Position numbers and translations under genes: made by a program. DNA of 64,000 nucleotides from Desulfosoma sp. (GTDB taxonomy: Bacteria > Desulfobacterota > Syntrophobacteria > Syntrophobacterales > DSM-9756), in assembly GCA_037481835.1 (NCBI GenBank), contig JBBFKW010000002.1, positions 160,001-224,000 on the forward strand, in the 5' to 3' direction. This document shows, piece after piece, positions 37,563-47,467 of the stretch. The stretch's first letter is position 1; each line of letters starts with the position of its first letter. The notes under the pieces were generated by a model. It was not told the origin of the DNA. It saw only the letters and a program-made list of their open reading frames with translations, and ran no database searches.

Positions 37563-38450
37563 GTGCGGGGCGAAGTGGACCTCTTTCTGGAATACCTGGT
37601 GGCGGAAAGGCGGATGAGCCGCCACACGGTTTCGGCCTACGCCGGAGATCTGAGAAACCTTGCCCATTTCTTGACCCACAAAAAAGGGCGTTCGTCGTGG
37701 TCCGCCGTGGATCGACGGGACTTGGAGGATTATCTGGCGGCGTGCGCTCCCCAAACCGCACCCAAGACCCGGGCGCGGCGCCTCGCATGCATGCGCTCCT
37801 TTTTTCGATTCCTGGAGGAACGATCCCTTGTGCCATCCAATCCCGCCGCCGCGGTGACCTTTCCCAAGCTGCCCCGGTCCTTGCCCAAGACGCTTTCCGG
37901 GTCTCATGTGGAGGCATTGCTCAACGCCCCGGTACTTTCCACGCCCCTTGGGCTGAGAGACAAGGCCATCCTGGAATTGCTCTACGCCACGGGCATCCGT
38001 GTGGCCGAACTGACCGAACTCACCTTTCACCAGGTGAACCTTAAGGCGGGATTCCTCATCGTGCGCGGCAAAGGGGACAAGGAGCGCCTGGTGCCCATGG
38101 GGCAGTGGGCCGTGGAGGCTCTCCAGGCTTATGTGGAAAGGGGCCGCCCCGTGCTGGTCAAAGGGCGGGATCCCGGTCGCATTTTCCTCAATCACCACGG
38201 TCGACCGCTGTCCCGGCAGGGCGTGTGGAAGATGATCAAGACCTACGGACGGCGGATCGGAAGTCCTGAGGCCGTCAGTCCTCACGTGTTGCGGCATTCC
38301 TTCGCCACCCACTTGCTCCAAAACGGAGCCGACCTCCGTTCCCTCCAGATGATGCTCGGCCATGCCGATATCAGCACCACCCAGATTTACACCCATGTGG
38401 CCCGGGAACGCCTCAAGAAGATCCATCAGCACCATCATCCTCGCGCATAG
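37563..38450 (+). CDS. xerD: Site-specific tyrosine recombinase XerD
   Basis: LYATGIRVAEL, RGKGDKERLVP, SPHVLRHSFATH and LGHADISTTQIYTH motifs; housekeeping context. Confidence 0.88.
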   Translation: MRGEVDLFLEYLVAERRMSRHTVSAYAGDLRNLAHFLTHKKGRSSWSAVDRRDLEDYLAACAPQTAPKTRARRLACMRSFFRFLEERSLVPSNPAAAVTFPKLPRSLPKTLSGSHVEALLNAPVLSTPLGLRDKAILELLYATGIRVAELTELTFHQVNLKAGFLIVRGKGDKERLVPMGQWAVEALQAYVERGRPVLVKGRDPGRIFLNHHGRPLSRQGVWKMIKTYGRRIGSPEAVSPHVLRHSFATHLLQNGADLRSLQMMLGHADISTTQIYTHVARERLKKIHQHHHPRA

Positions 38451-38621
38451 CCCGTCGTGCTGAACCGTTGGTGCCTTGGAGGGCGGGGTCGGCGTGCCGG
38501 AACCTTCCCGGCGCGGGCGTCCAAGGAAGAGAATATTCTTGGCCTTTAGGGCGCGCGTCGTTAACATCCGGCCACGGTTTTGCGGAAGATCTCTCTTCTA
38601 GGGCGGCAATGGAGTCCATGC

Positions 38622-41285
38622 ATGGAAGTGATTACGACCCATCTCAATGCGGATTTCGACGCCATGGCATCCATGGTGGCAGCGAAAAAGCTCTATCCCG
38701 ACGCCGTTTTGGTTTTTCCAGGATCGCAGGAAAAGAACCTGCGCGATTTTTTCGTCAGCACCGCGGGCTACCTTTTCGATTTCGCTAAACTCAAGGGATT
38801 GGACCTGGAGCGCATCGAGCGGCTCATTTTGGTGGACACGCGCCAAGCGTCCCGAATCGGCAAGTTCCAAGACATCGCCGCCCGTCCCGGCGTGGACATC
38901 CACATTTACGACCATCACCCCCAGGCCGACGACGACGTTCGCGGTTCCCTGGAAGTCATCCGCCCGGTGGGCGCCACGGTAACCCTGCTGACCCACATTC
39001 TTCGCGAGCGCGGGGTTTCCATCAGTCCGGAAGAAGCCACCATTTTGATCCTCGGCATCTTCGAAGATACGGGTTCTTTCACCTTTTCGTCCACGACCCC
39101 TGAGGACTTCCGGGCGGCGGCCTTCCTCCTGGAACAAGGGGCGGACCTGAACGTGGTGGCCGATCTGGTCACCCGCGAGCTCACCTCAGAGCAGGTGGCC
39201 CTCTTGCACGAGCTGCTCCATTCTGCGCGAACTTACAACATCCAGGGCGTGGACGTGTGCATCGCCACCGTGTCCGTGGACCGCTATGTGGGCGATTTCG
39301 CGGTCTTGGTCCACAAGCTCAAGGACATGGAAAACCTGGATGTGGTTTTCGCTCTGGCGCGCATGGAAGACCGGATCTATCTCGTGGCCCGGAGCCGCAT
39401 TCCGGACGTCAACGTGGGGGAAATCGCCGCCTATTTCGGCGGCGGCGGTCATGCCACTGCGGCTTCGGCCACCATCAAGGACTTGACCTTGATCCAAGCC
39501 GAAGACCGGCTGTTCGAACTGCTCCAGAGCACCATCAAGCCGGCCGTGACTGCGCGAACCCTCATGAGTTCCCCGGTGATCACCATCTCGGCCGACGCCA
39601 CGCTCGCCCAAGCGGAAGAACTTATGGTGCGCTACAACATCAACGCCATGCCCGTGCTGGAAGGCGAGCAGGTCGTGGGCCTTATCAATCGTCAGGTTTT
39701 GGAAAAAGCCATGTATCATGGCCTCCACGAGGAGAAGGTGAGCGACTACATGAACCGCGATTTCGCCGTGATCGGCATCGACGGGACCCTCGTGGAGATT
39801 CAAAAGCACCTGGTGGAGCACCAGCAGCGCATCCTGCCCGTCTTGGACGGGCGGGCTCTGGTGGGTGTCATCACGCGCCGTGATCTCCTCAACCACCTCA
39901 TCACGGACCGATCGCGGGAACCGACGGCCCTCAAGGACGATCTGAGCTTGGGGCCTTGGGGCCGAAAGAAAAACATCACCAACGTCCTCACGGAACAGTT
40001 GCCCCGGGAGATCATCGAGCTGCTTCGGTCCTTGGGGGAGCACGCCGAGTCCATGGGGTACAAGGTTTACGCCGTGGGCGGCTTCATCCGGGATCTCCTC
40101 CTGCGGCGCCCCAATCTGGATATCGACGTGGTGGTGGAAGGGGACGGGATCCAGTTCGCTCGGACTTTTGCGGAAAAGGCGGGTATTCGGGCCCGTTGTC
40201 ATAAGAAATTCAACACGGCCGTGCTCGTTTTCCCCGACGAACTCAAGGTGGATGTCGCCACGGCGCGGCTCGAATACTACCAATACCCCGCGGCGCTGCC
40301 CATCGTCCAATTCGGTTCCCTGAAAATGGACCTCTACCGTCGGGATTTCACCATCAACACCCTGGCTGTCGCCTTAAATCCCAAGGAATTCGGCACCCTC
40401 ATCGACTTCTTTGGAGGCCAAAAGGACCTGAAGGAAAAGGCCATCCGCGTCCTCCATAATTTAAGTTTCGTGGAAGATCCGACGCGGATCCTTCGGGCCA
40501 TCCGGTTTGAGCAGCGCTTCGGGTTTCGAGTGGGCAAGCAGACGGCGGGTCTCATGCGCAACGCCGTCAAAATGGGCCTCATCGACCGGTTGGGGGGGCA
40601 GAGGCTTTTCCACGAGTTGCAGCATATCTTCATGGAAGAAGATCCCCTGCCGGCCATCCGCCGCATGGGGGAATTCGGCGTCATGGACGCCTTGTGTCCT
40701 GGGTCGTGTTTCGATGCCAAGGCCGAACGGCTTTTCGTGAAGATCAAGGAAGTCATTCTGTGGTACAAGCTCAGCTTCCTTGACGAACCGCTGGAATCCT
40801 GGCGGGTGTATTTCTTGGGTTTTCTGTGCCGGCTGAAACCCGACGATCTCCAGAAGGTGCTCGGCCGACTGGATTTGCCCCAGAATGCGAGGGAGCGAAT
40901 TCTATGGACCTTTCAAAGGGTTAACGATGTCCTCAACGACTTTTTGCGATTGCCTGCCCTGCGGCCTAGTGATATCTATCGAGCGCTTCAGCCCTTCGGG
41001 CCGGAGGAGCTCTTGTTTATGATGGCCAAGACGAACCGGGAAGAGGTTCAGCGGGCCATCAGCTATTATTTCCATCGATACCGTTATGTGAAGCCGGAAA
41101 TCGGCGGCAAGGACTTGAAGGCCATGGGGATTCCACCGGGGCCTCTGTACACGAAAATTCTAACGGCCGTGCGGGATGCCAAGTTGAACGGGGACGTGAA
41201 GAGCCTGGAGGATGAGATCCGCATGGCTCAGGCCATGGCGGCGGCCCAAGAAGGAGAGGCGGGGCGCAGTGCAGGACATCCTTAA
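38622..41285 (+). CDS. tRNA nucleotidyltransferase with N-terminal DHH/DHHA1 and CBS domains
   Basis: NADFDA, YDHH, GGGGH, CBS pair, VGGFIRD, LDID, RRDFTIN and EDPTRILR motifs. Confidence 0.88.
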   Translation: MEVITTHLNADFDAMASMVAAKKLYPDAVLVFPGSQEKNLRDFFVSTAGYLFDFAKLKGLDLERIERLILVDTRQASRIGKFQDIAARPGVDIHIYDHHPQADDDVRGSLEVIRPVGATVTLLTHILRERGVSISPEEATILILGIFEDTGSFTFSSTTPEDFRAAAFLLEQGADLNVVADLVTRELTSEQVALLHELLHSARTYNIQGVDVCIATVSVDRYVGDFAVLVHKLKDMENLDVVFALARMEDRIYLVARSRIPDVNVGEIAAYFGGGGHATAASATIKDLTLIQAEDRLFELLQSTIKPAVTARTLMSSPVITISADATLAQAEELMVRYNINAMPVLEGEQVVGLINRQVLEKAMYHGLHEEKVSDYMNRDFAVIGIDGTLVEIQKHLVEHQQRILPVLDGRALVGVITRRDLLNHLITDRSREPTALKDDLSLGPWGRKKNITNVLTEQLPREIIELLRSLGEHAESMGYKVYAVGGFIRDLLLRRPNLDIDVVVEGDGIQFARTFAEKAGIRARCHKKFNTAVLVFPDELKVDVATARLEYYQYPAALPIVQFGSLKMDLYRRDFTINTLAVALNPKEFGTLIDFFGGQKDLKEKAIRVLHNLSFVEDPTRILRAIRFEQRFGFRVGKQTAGLMRNAVKMGLIDRLGGQRLFHELQHIFMEEDPLPAIRRMGEFGVMDALCPGSCFDAKAERLFVKIKEVILWYKLSFLDEPLESWRVYFLGFLCRLKPDDLQKVLGRLDLPQNARERILWTFQRVNDVLNDFLRLPALRPSDIYRALQPFGPEELLFMMAKTNREEVQRAISYYFHRYRYVKPEIGGKDLKAMGIPPGPLYTKILTAVRDAKLNGDVKSLEDEIRMAQAMAAAQEGEAGRSAGHP

Positions 41286-41922
41286 GGACATAAGCATCTA
41301 TGCGGTCCCGTTGCTCTTGGCCGTGGTCAGTCATGAGGTGGCCCACGGATGGGTGGCGGAAAAGCTGGGCGATCCCACGGCCCGGCTCATGGGGCGCATT
41401 TCTTTGAACCCTTTGGTTCACATCGACCCCGTAGGGACGGTGATCATTCCCCTGGTGCTCCTTGTCACCCATTCGCCTTTTCTGTTCGGCTGGGCCAAGC
41501 CGGTGCCTGTCCAGTTCCACAGGCTCCACGGGGGGCGCAAGGCCATGGCGTGGGTGGCGTTGGCCGGCCCTCTGACCAACTTGATGCTGGCGGCCGTGAG
41601 CGCCCTGGTTTACCGTCTGGTCGTCTTTTTGTTCGCCGTGGGGGCGTCATCCGGTATCTTGGGCCTTCTCTTGCATCCTTTGTATCACATGGCCCGTTTT
41701 TCCGTCGTCTTCAATCTCGTGCTCATGGCCGTCAACCTCTTTCCCGTGCCGCCTCTGGACGGCGGCCGGGTGCTTGTGGGGTTCTTGCCCCGCACCTTGG
41801 CCCTCCACGTGGCGCGTTTGGAACGCTACGGCATGGTCATCGTCTTGGTGTTCATGGTCACGGGCTGGTGGGGATACGTGCTTCGGCCCGTGGTAAATCT
41901 CTTTGCGAGAATTTTGCTTTAG
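41269..41922 (+). CDS. Site-2 protease (M50) family
   Basis: HEVAHG, AGPLTN and NLFPVPPLDG motifs; GTG start. Confidence 0.88.
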   Translation: MQDILKDISIYAVPLLLAVVSHEVAHGWVAEKLGDPTARLMGRISLNPLVHIDPVGTVIIPLVLLVTHSPFLFGWAKPVPVQFHRLHGGRKAMAWVALAGPLTNLMLAAVSALVYRLVVFLFAVGASSGILGLLLHPLYHMARFSVVFNLVLMAVNLFPVPPLDGGRVLVGFLPRTLALHVARLERYGMVIVLVFMVTGWWGYVLRPVVNLFARILL

Positions 41923-42001
41923 GCCGAGGCCCCTGCGGCGTCTTCGGCGGAGGCGAACCGGGCGGATGGATTTGGGAAGAGCTGAGGAGGAGAAAGACCT
42001 G

Positions 42002-43003
42002 ATGAACAAGGACAAGAGGATCTTGAGCGGTATGCGTCCCACGGGGCGGCTTCACTTGGGGAACCTTCACGGGGCGCTCAAGAACTGGATCCAGCTTCAA
42101 GATCAATACGACTGTTTCTTCTTCGTTGCGGACTGGCACGCTTTGACCACGGACTATGCGGATCCCGGAGCGATCCGCCAAAACACATGGGACATGATCC
42201 TGGATTGGTTCGCCGCAGGACTGGACCCCGAAAAGGCCGTCGTGTTCATCCAATCCCACGTCAAAGAACACGCCGAATTGTACTTGCTCCTGGGGATGAT
42301 CACCCCGCTCGCGTGGTTGGAACGCAACCCCACCTACAAGGAGCAGCAGCAGCAGTTGGACACCAAGGATCTGTCCACCTATGGTTTCTTGGGTTACCCG
42401 GTGCTCCAGGCGGCCGACATCATTATTTATCGGGCTCACGGGGTCCCCGTGGGCAAAGACCAGCTGCCCCATGTGGAACTGACCCGGGAGATCGCCCGGC
42501 GGTTCAACTTTATCTACAACCGAGAGGTTTTCCCCATTCCCGACGCCCTGCTCACGGAAGTTCCCGTGCTGCCGGGAACGGACGGGCGAAAGATGAGCAA
42601 GAGTTACGGCAACTGCATCTACATCACGGAGCCGGAAGAGTCGGTTCGCCGAAAGATCCTGCAGATGGTCACCGATCCGGCGCGGGCGCGGCGCACCGAT
42701 CCGGGGGACCCGGAAAAATGTCCGGTTTTTGAGTACCACAAGCTCTATTCCACGGCGGACGAAATTGCCCACGTGGTTCAGGGATGCCGCACGGCCGGCA
42801 TCGGATGCGTGGACTGCAAGAAGATCCTGCTGCCCCACCTGCTGGATCACCTCGCGCCCATCTGGGACAAACGGGCGGCCCTGGAAAGGGACATGGACGG
42901 GGTCAAGGCGGCGGTCCAGGCCGGTATCGAAAAGGCGGCCCGGGAAGCCCGAAAGACCATGGAGCTTGTGGTGGAAACCGTCGGTTTGGGAAATCATGAC
43001 TGA
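42002..43003 (+). CDS. trpS: Tryptophan-tRNA ligase
   Basis: SGMRPTG, HLGN, YPVLQAADI, VGKDQ and KMSKS motifs. Confidence 0.95.
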   Translation: MNKDKRILSGMRPTGRLHLGNLHGALKNWIQLQDQYDCFFFVADWHALTTDYADPGAIRQNTWDMILDWFAAGLDPEKAVVFIQSHVKEHAELYLLLGMITPLAWLERNPTYKEQQQQLDTKDLSTYGFLGYPVLQAADIIIYRAHGVPVGKDQLPHVELTREIARRFNFIYNREVFPIPDALLTEVPVLPGTDGRKMSKSYGNCIYITEPEESVRRKILQMVTDPARARRTDPGDPEKCPVFEYHKLYSTADEIAHVVQGCRTAGIGCVDCKKILLPHLLDHLAPIWDKRAALERDMDGVKAAVQAGIEKAAREARKTMELVVETVGLGNHD

Positions 43004-43769
43004 AAGGCCACGCGTCACCCTAACGTCCGTAAGGCTCCATAAATACATCGCCCAGGCGGGTTTGGCGTCTCGGCGAACGGCGGAGCGATGGATCCTGGAG
43101 GGACGGGTTACGGTCAACGGCGCGGTGATCACCGCCCTGGGAACGACCGTGGATCCCGAGTGCGATGACGTGCGCGTGGACGGGCGCAAGGTGGCGCCGA
43201 TACGGGGCCGTGAAGTCATCCTTTTTCATAAGCCGCGGTTTTGCCTGACCACGGTGAACGACCCCCGGGGCCGGCCCACGGTCATGGATTATCTGCGAGG
43301 TCTTTCGGTGCGCGTCTACCCCGTGGGGCGCCTGGATTGGGATGCGTCTGGCGCGCTCATCCTCACCAACGACGGCGAGCTGGCCAACCGGTTGATGCAT
43401 CCCTCCTACGGGGTTCCGAAGGTCTATGAGGTCCAGGTCCAGGGGGTTCCAACGGCGGAACAGCTGGCGGCGCTGCGCCAGGGCGTTCCTCTGGCGGAGG
43501 GGGTCACGGCACCGGCCGCAGTTCGCCTGGTGCGCCGCGCCCAAACGTCCGCCTGGTTGGAAATAACCCTCCACCAAGGATGGTATCGCCAGATCAAGCG
43601 CATGGGTGAAGCCGTCGGTCTTCCCGTGCTCAGAATTCATCGCACGGCTTACGGGCCCATCCCGTTGGGGGCGCTGCCGGTAGGCCGGTGGAGACGCTTG
43701 ACGGAGCGGGAGGTTCGCCGGCTTCGGGAAGCGGTTTCGTTGCCGAGAGAGGCACAGGCGGGCGCATGA
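42996..43769 (+). CDS. rluB: rRNA pseudouridine synthase (RluB/RsuA family)
   Basis: S4 domain RLHKYIA..SRR, PVGRLD, LTNDGELAN. Confidence 0.8.
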   Translation: MTERPRVTLTSVRLHKYIAQAGLASRRTAERWILEGRVTVNGAVITALGTTVDPECDDVRVDGRKVAPIRGREVILFHKPRFCLTTVNDPRGRPTVMDYLRGLSVRVYPVGRLDWDASGALILTNDGELANRLMHPSYGVPKVYEVQVQGVPTAEQLAALRQGVPLAEGVTAPAAVRLVRRAQTSAWLEITLHQGWYRQIKRMGEAVGLPVLRIHRTAYGPIPLGALPVGRWRRLTEREVRRLREAVSLPREAQAGA

Positions 43770-45676
43770 CGTTCAAGAAAGATCGTCAAAGAGAGCTTCC
43801 TTATGAGGGGTCTCTCTTTCGGCCGAGAAAGAAAAAGAGCCGAGCGGCCTCCGTGTTAAAGGGCGCCGCGGGAGCGGTCGTGGTGGTGGGGCTCATTGTT
43901 CTTGCGCAGACTCAGTGGAACCTTCTGGGAGCCTTTTCCGCCCATCTACCCGTGCCCCATCGGCTCGAAGAGCTGGTTTTGGAAGTGAACGCCAAACGGG
44001 AAACCATCCCACCGGACGGCGAAAAGATTCTCAATCCTCGGGATGCCGTGCGGTTCGTGGGCGTCAAAACCGACGGATGGTTTTCCTGGGGCGTGAAAGT
44101 CAGGGCTCCTGAGCTGGATTTTCACAGGGTGCATTCCAAGGCGGCGGTTTTGCGCGACCTTTTTCCCGCAGAACCTTTCGAAACGCCCAAGACCCTGGCG
44201 GTTGAGGCCACGTGGATGGGAAAGCGCTTGGGCGGAGCGAGGCTCGTTATTCAGTTGGACGCCAAGGATTGGATGTCCAAGGCGCAGGAGGCCGGAAAAA
44301 CCGAGGACAAGATCCGCTTCTTGGAAAAGGTCCTGGAGTCTGAGCCCCGAAATGTTTTGGCGAAAACGCAGCTTGCGGCCTTGTATGCCGAAGCCGGCCG
44401 GGCTTCCGATGCCGAAAGGCTTTACGAAGAGGTTCTGGAACTGGGGCAATCCCGGCCGGTCCTGGAACGGCTCATCGGCGTCTACAAGAAGCAGAAGAAG
44501 CATGCCAAGGTTGTCGAAGCGTCCCTGAACCTCCTGCAGCTTAGCGAAGACGCTCAGGTGTTTCAGGATCTCCTCGGCTATCTGCAAAACAACGTGCCCT
44601 CAAAGGAAGCTCTGACATTGCTTAAGCACTACGCCGGCAAAGTGCCCGCCAAGTACCGCGGCTCTTGGCACTTGGTGCGTGCGGACCTGGCGACCAAGAC
44701 GGAAAATTGGTCGGAAGCGGCCCAAGCCTACGAAAGCGCCGTGGCGTCGGGGGTTCGGGACCCCAACATCCACTACAATCTGTCCGTTGTGCGGACGAAA
44801 TCGGGGGATTTGGATCAAGCGGCCGAGGATCTGGAAAAATACCTTCGCGCCAACCCCAACGATGTGACCAATTGGTTGAAGTTGGCGGCCATGTACGAAA
44901 AGGCCGGCGAAGAGTCCAAGGCGGTGAAGATCTATCGGGACGTGGTCGCCAAGAGCCCCTCCGAAAAGCGGGCCCTCGTGCGCCTGGTGGCCCTCTTGGA
45001 AAAATCGGGGGATAAGAACGAGCTTTTAAAAATCTACGAAAACTTGGCCCGCTTGGACCCCGACGATCGGGTCGTCCAGTGGAATCTGGCCATGCTGTCC
45101 TACGAGGCCAAACAGTGGGACAAGGCTTTGAGCGCCTTTGAAAAATGCGCCGCCCTTTCGCCAAACGATCCAAAGCCTTTGAAATACCTGCTGGATCTCT
45201 ACCAAAAGAACAAGGACCAGGAAAAACAGATCGCCGTCCTGCAAAAGCTTATTGCCGTGGATAGGGACAACTTGGCTTATTACGATGCCTTGTTTACACT
45301 TTACGATCAGGCGAGGAACTATGATGCCATAATCAAGGTTTTTGAAGAGGCGTCGAAGAACAATCCCAAAGTGAAGGCGTTTCACGAATATCTTCTCTAC
45401 GGGGCGCTGAAGAAGGGCCAAAAGCAGAAGGCCTTGGCGGCTCTGGAAGAATTGTGTCGTCTGGAACCCAAAGAAGTGAAATATTTCAAACAGGCGGCGC
45501 AGCTACACGAGAGCCTGGGCCAATACTCGAAAGCTTTGGAAAAAATTAAGCGTGTTCTGGAAATCAATCCCAATGATGCGGCGGCCAAGGACGACTACCT
45601 GCGGCTGAGGCTCCTTTTGGTGGCGCCCAAGAAGACCGGCTTTTTCTATTGCACAGACAAGCCGGTTCGTGTATAG
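43766..45676 (+). CDS. Membrane-anchored TPR protein
   Basis: One N-terminal TM followed by many TPR-like helical repeats; ATGA overlap with rluB. Confidence 0.8.
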   Translation: MTFKKDRQRELPYEGSLFRPRKKKSRAASVLKGAAGAVVVVGLIVLAQTQWNLLGAFSAHLPVPHRLEELVLEVNAKRETIPPDGEKILNPRDAVRFVGVKTDGWFSWGVKVRAPELDFHRVHSKAAVLRDLFPAEPFETPKTLAVEATWMGKRLGGARLVIQLDAKDWMSKAQEAGKTEDKIRFLEKVLESEPRNVLAKTQLAALYAEAGRASDAERLYEEVLELGQSRPVLERLIGVYKKQKKHAKVVEASLNLLQLSEDAQVFQDLLGYLQNNVPSKEALTLLKHYAGKVPAKYRGSWHLVRADLATKTENWSEAAQAYESAVASGVRDPNIHYNLSVVRTKSGDLDQAAEDLEKYLRANPNDVTNWLKLAAMYEKAGEESKAVKIYRDVVAKSPSEKRALVRLVALLEKSGDKNELLKIYENLARLDPDDRVVQWNLAMLSYEAKQWDKALSAFEKCAALSPNDPKPLKYLLDLYQKNKDQEKQIAVLQKLIAVDRDNLAYYDALFTLYDQARNYDAIIKVFEEASKNNPKVKAFHEYLLYGALKKGQKQKALAALEELCRLEPKEVKYFKQAAQLHESLGQYSKALEKIKRVLEINPNDAAAKDDYLRLRLLLVAPKKTGFFYCTDKPVRV

Positions 45677-45677
45677 A
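45649..45677 (+). promoter_or_regulatory. Putative sigma70 promoter of tRNA-Val inside the TPR gene end
   Basis: TTGCAC-17 nt-TATAGA. Confidence 0.6.
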
Positions 45678-45688
45678 AATGGCGATTC

Positions 45689-45764
45689 GGGCGGGTAACT
45701 CAGCGGTGAGAGTGCCATCCTCACACGGTGGAAGTCGAGGGTTCGAATCCCCCCCCGCCCACCA
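45689..45764 (+). tRNA. tRNA-Val (CAC)
   Basis: Acceptor GGGCGGG/CCCGCCC, anticodon arm ccatc-ctCACac-ggtgg, GGTTCGAATCC, ACCA end. Confidence 0.95.
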
Positions 45765-45774
45765 TGCAGCTTCC

Positions 45775-45804
45775 AAGCTTCGGCCGTGCCGAAGCTTTTT
45801 TTTT
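45775..45804 (+). terminator. Intrinsic terminator after tRNA-Val
   Basis: aagcttcggc-cgt-gccgaagctt followed by a T run. Confidence 0.9.
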
Positions 45805-45830
45805 GGCAAAATCCGAAGGGGAGCCGCGCG

Positions 45831-45986
45831 ATGTGGAAAGACAAAACGTGGAAGACTTTGATCTTGGGGGGCCTTATCGTCTTTTTGTTCGGGGGGCTGA
45901 GCGCCTGCAATACGGTCAAAGGGATCGGCAAAGACATCCGGTCCTTGGGAGGGGCCATCGAGCGGTCGGCCGGCGGCGGAAAGTAG
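45831..45986 (+). CDS. Entericidin A/B-family small lipoprotein
   Basis: Lipobox LSAC followed by NTVKGIGKDI..G.AI; SD ggggag. Confidence 0.8.
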   Translation: MWKDKTWKTLILGGLIVFLFGGLSACNTVKGIGKDIRSLGGAIERSAGGGK

Positions 45987-46170
45987 GGAAGGAAAACGCC
46001 AAAGGGCGTCGCCTTTTTGAGCAGGAAAAGGGCTCCGCCCGTCCCGTCGTCCTCAGGCCGTTAAAGGTTGAGGGGCACGGCGGGCCGTGCCCCTGGAACA
46101 TATCCAAAGAAGAAAGAAGGCGTGGGAGCGCCCATGGCGCGTTGAGACGGGTTTGGGGACGGCAGAGCCC

Positions 46171-46971
46171 CTAACGGACACCCGTGGGAAGAAAACTTTC
46201 CTCGCCCAGCATGGTGAACGGCGATTTGCCGTCGGGGACCCCCGTCTTGTAGTGGAAAATCCCTTCCACAAGGCTGTTCACGTGCTTGTAGAGCGCCCGA
46301 AGGGGGATGTTGGCCGGGCAGGTTTCTTCGCACAGGCCGCAGTCGATGCACCGGCCGGCCATGTGGACGGCCCGCACCAGGTGGAACGACGTGTCGGGGG
46401 GGAGTTTTTCTGCCGGAATGAGTTCTTTGTGTTCGAGGCTGCATTCCGTGCAGAAGCACACGGGGCACACGTCCCGGCAGCCGTAGCAGCGGATGCAGCG
46501 GTTGAAATGGCCGAGCCACCAGGCTAGGCGATCCGTCTCCGGCATGGTTTGCAGCTCATGCAGCCGCCGGCTTTCCTGCACCGGCTTGGGGGCTTCCCCG
46601 TAGTCCAAGCGGTCCGGATACGGCTTGGCGCACTCACAGTAAGACGCCAGATCCTGCGAACAGGCCTGTCCCAAGACCACGACCTTGTCGGGCTGGAGCT
46701 GGTTCCATTTGAACAGTTCGTAAAGGGAGCGTTCCTCGCAGCCGCGCACCAGGACCCCGAAAGTCTTGTCCGGGTTTTGCCGTGCTTGGGCCAGCAGGAG
46801 CTTGGTGACGGGATATCGGGCCTTAAACGGCTGCCAGGTTTCCAGCGCGTCCACATCGGCCTTGGTGAAAACCGCCGGGAAAGGCAGGCCGTGGACCGTC
46901 TTGTAAGCGATGAAGGCGTCCACGCGACCTTCTTCCAGAAGTTGTCGGACTTTGGTCTTCATGAGATCCAT
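46171..46971 (-). CDS. 4Fe-4S protein (FdhB/FrhB-like, Hdr/MvhD-associated)
   Basis: RGCEERS, RCIRCYGCRDVCPVCFC..C and HMAGRCIDCGLCEETCP motifs. Confidence 0.8.
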   Translation of the reverse strand: MDLMKTKVRQLLEEGRVDAFIAYKTVHGLPFPAVFTKADVDALETWQPFKARYPVTKLLLAQARQNPDKTFGVLVRGCEERSLYELFKWNQLQPDKVVVLGQACSQDLASYCECAKPYPDRLDYGEAPKPVQESRRLHELQTMPETDRLAWWLGHFNRCIRCYGCRDVCPVCFCTECSLEHKELIPAEKLPPDTSFHLVRAVHMAGRCIDCGLCEETCPANIPLRALYKHVNSLVEGIFHYKTGVPDGKSPFTMLGEESFLPTGVR

Positions 46972-47002
46972 CCTGTGCGATGATCGAGTCGAGGTTTCGC
47001 CA

Positions 47003-47443
47003 TTACAGTCCCATGGCCAAGCGCGGGCTCGCCTCAAAGGACGGGGCGGGGCCCAGGGATCGCACCTTTTCCGTAAAATCGCGGATGACTTCGGCGAACT
47101 TTATTCCCTCGGCCGAGGAAATCCATTCCAGGCGGAACCGCTCCGGGTTGTAGCCGGCAAACCGGATGAGCTCCTGGACGAAGGTCATGCGCTTGAGCGT
47201 CATGTAGTTGCCTTTGAGGTAGTGGCAGTCGCCGATGTGGCATCCGGCCACCAGCACGCCGTCGGCGCCGCGCTGAAAGGCGTGGATCACGTGGTGGGGC
47301 GACACCGTCCCCGAGCACATGACCCGAACCACACGAACATTGGGCGGATATTGAAAGCGGCTCACCCCGGCCAGGTCCGCTCCGGCATAGCTGCACCAGT
47401 TGCACAAGATCGCCAAAATTCTCGGTTCGAAACGTTCAGCCAT
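47003..47443 (-). CDS. mvhD: MvhD/FlxD-type 2Fe-2S subunit
   Basis: CNWCSYAGAD, RVMCSG, GCHIGDCHY and WISSAEG motifs. Confidence 0.9.
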   Translation of the reverse strand: MAERFEPRILAILCNWCSYAGADLAGVSRFQYPPNVRVVRVMCSGTVSPHHVIHAFQRGADGVLVAGCHIGDCHYLKGNYMTLKRMTFVQELIRFAGYNPERFRLEWISSAEGIKFAEVIRDFTEKVRSLGPAPSFEASPRLAMGL

Positions 47444-47467
47444 GATTGCGTCTCCCGCCTTTGTGGC

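Noticed and set aside
37563..38450. Tyrosine recombinase as an island or prophage integrase
   Set aside because: Size and motifs fit chromosomal XerD, the neighbours are housekeeping genes, and no att sites are visible.
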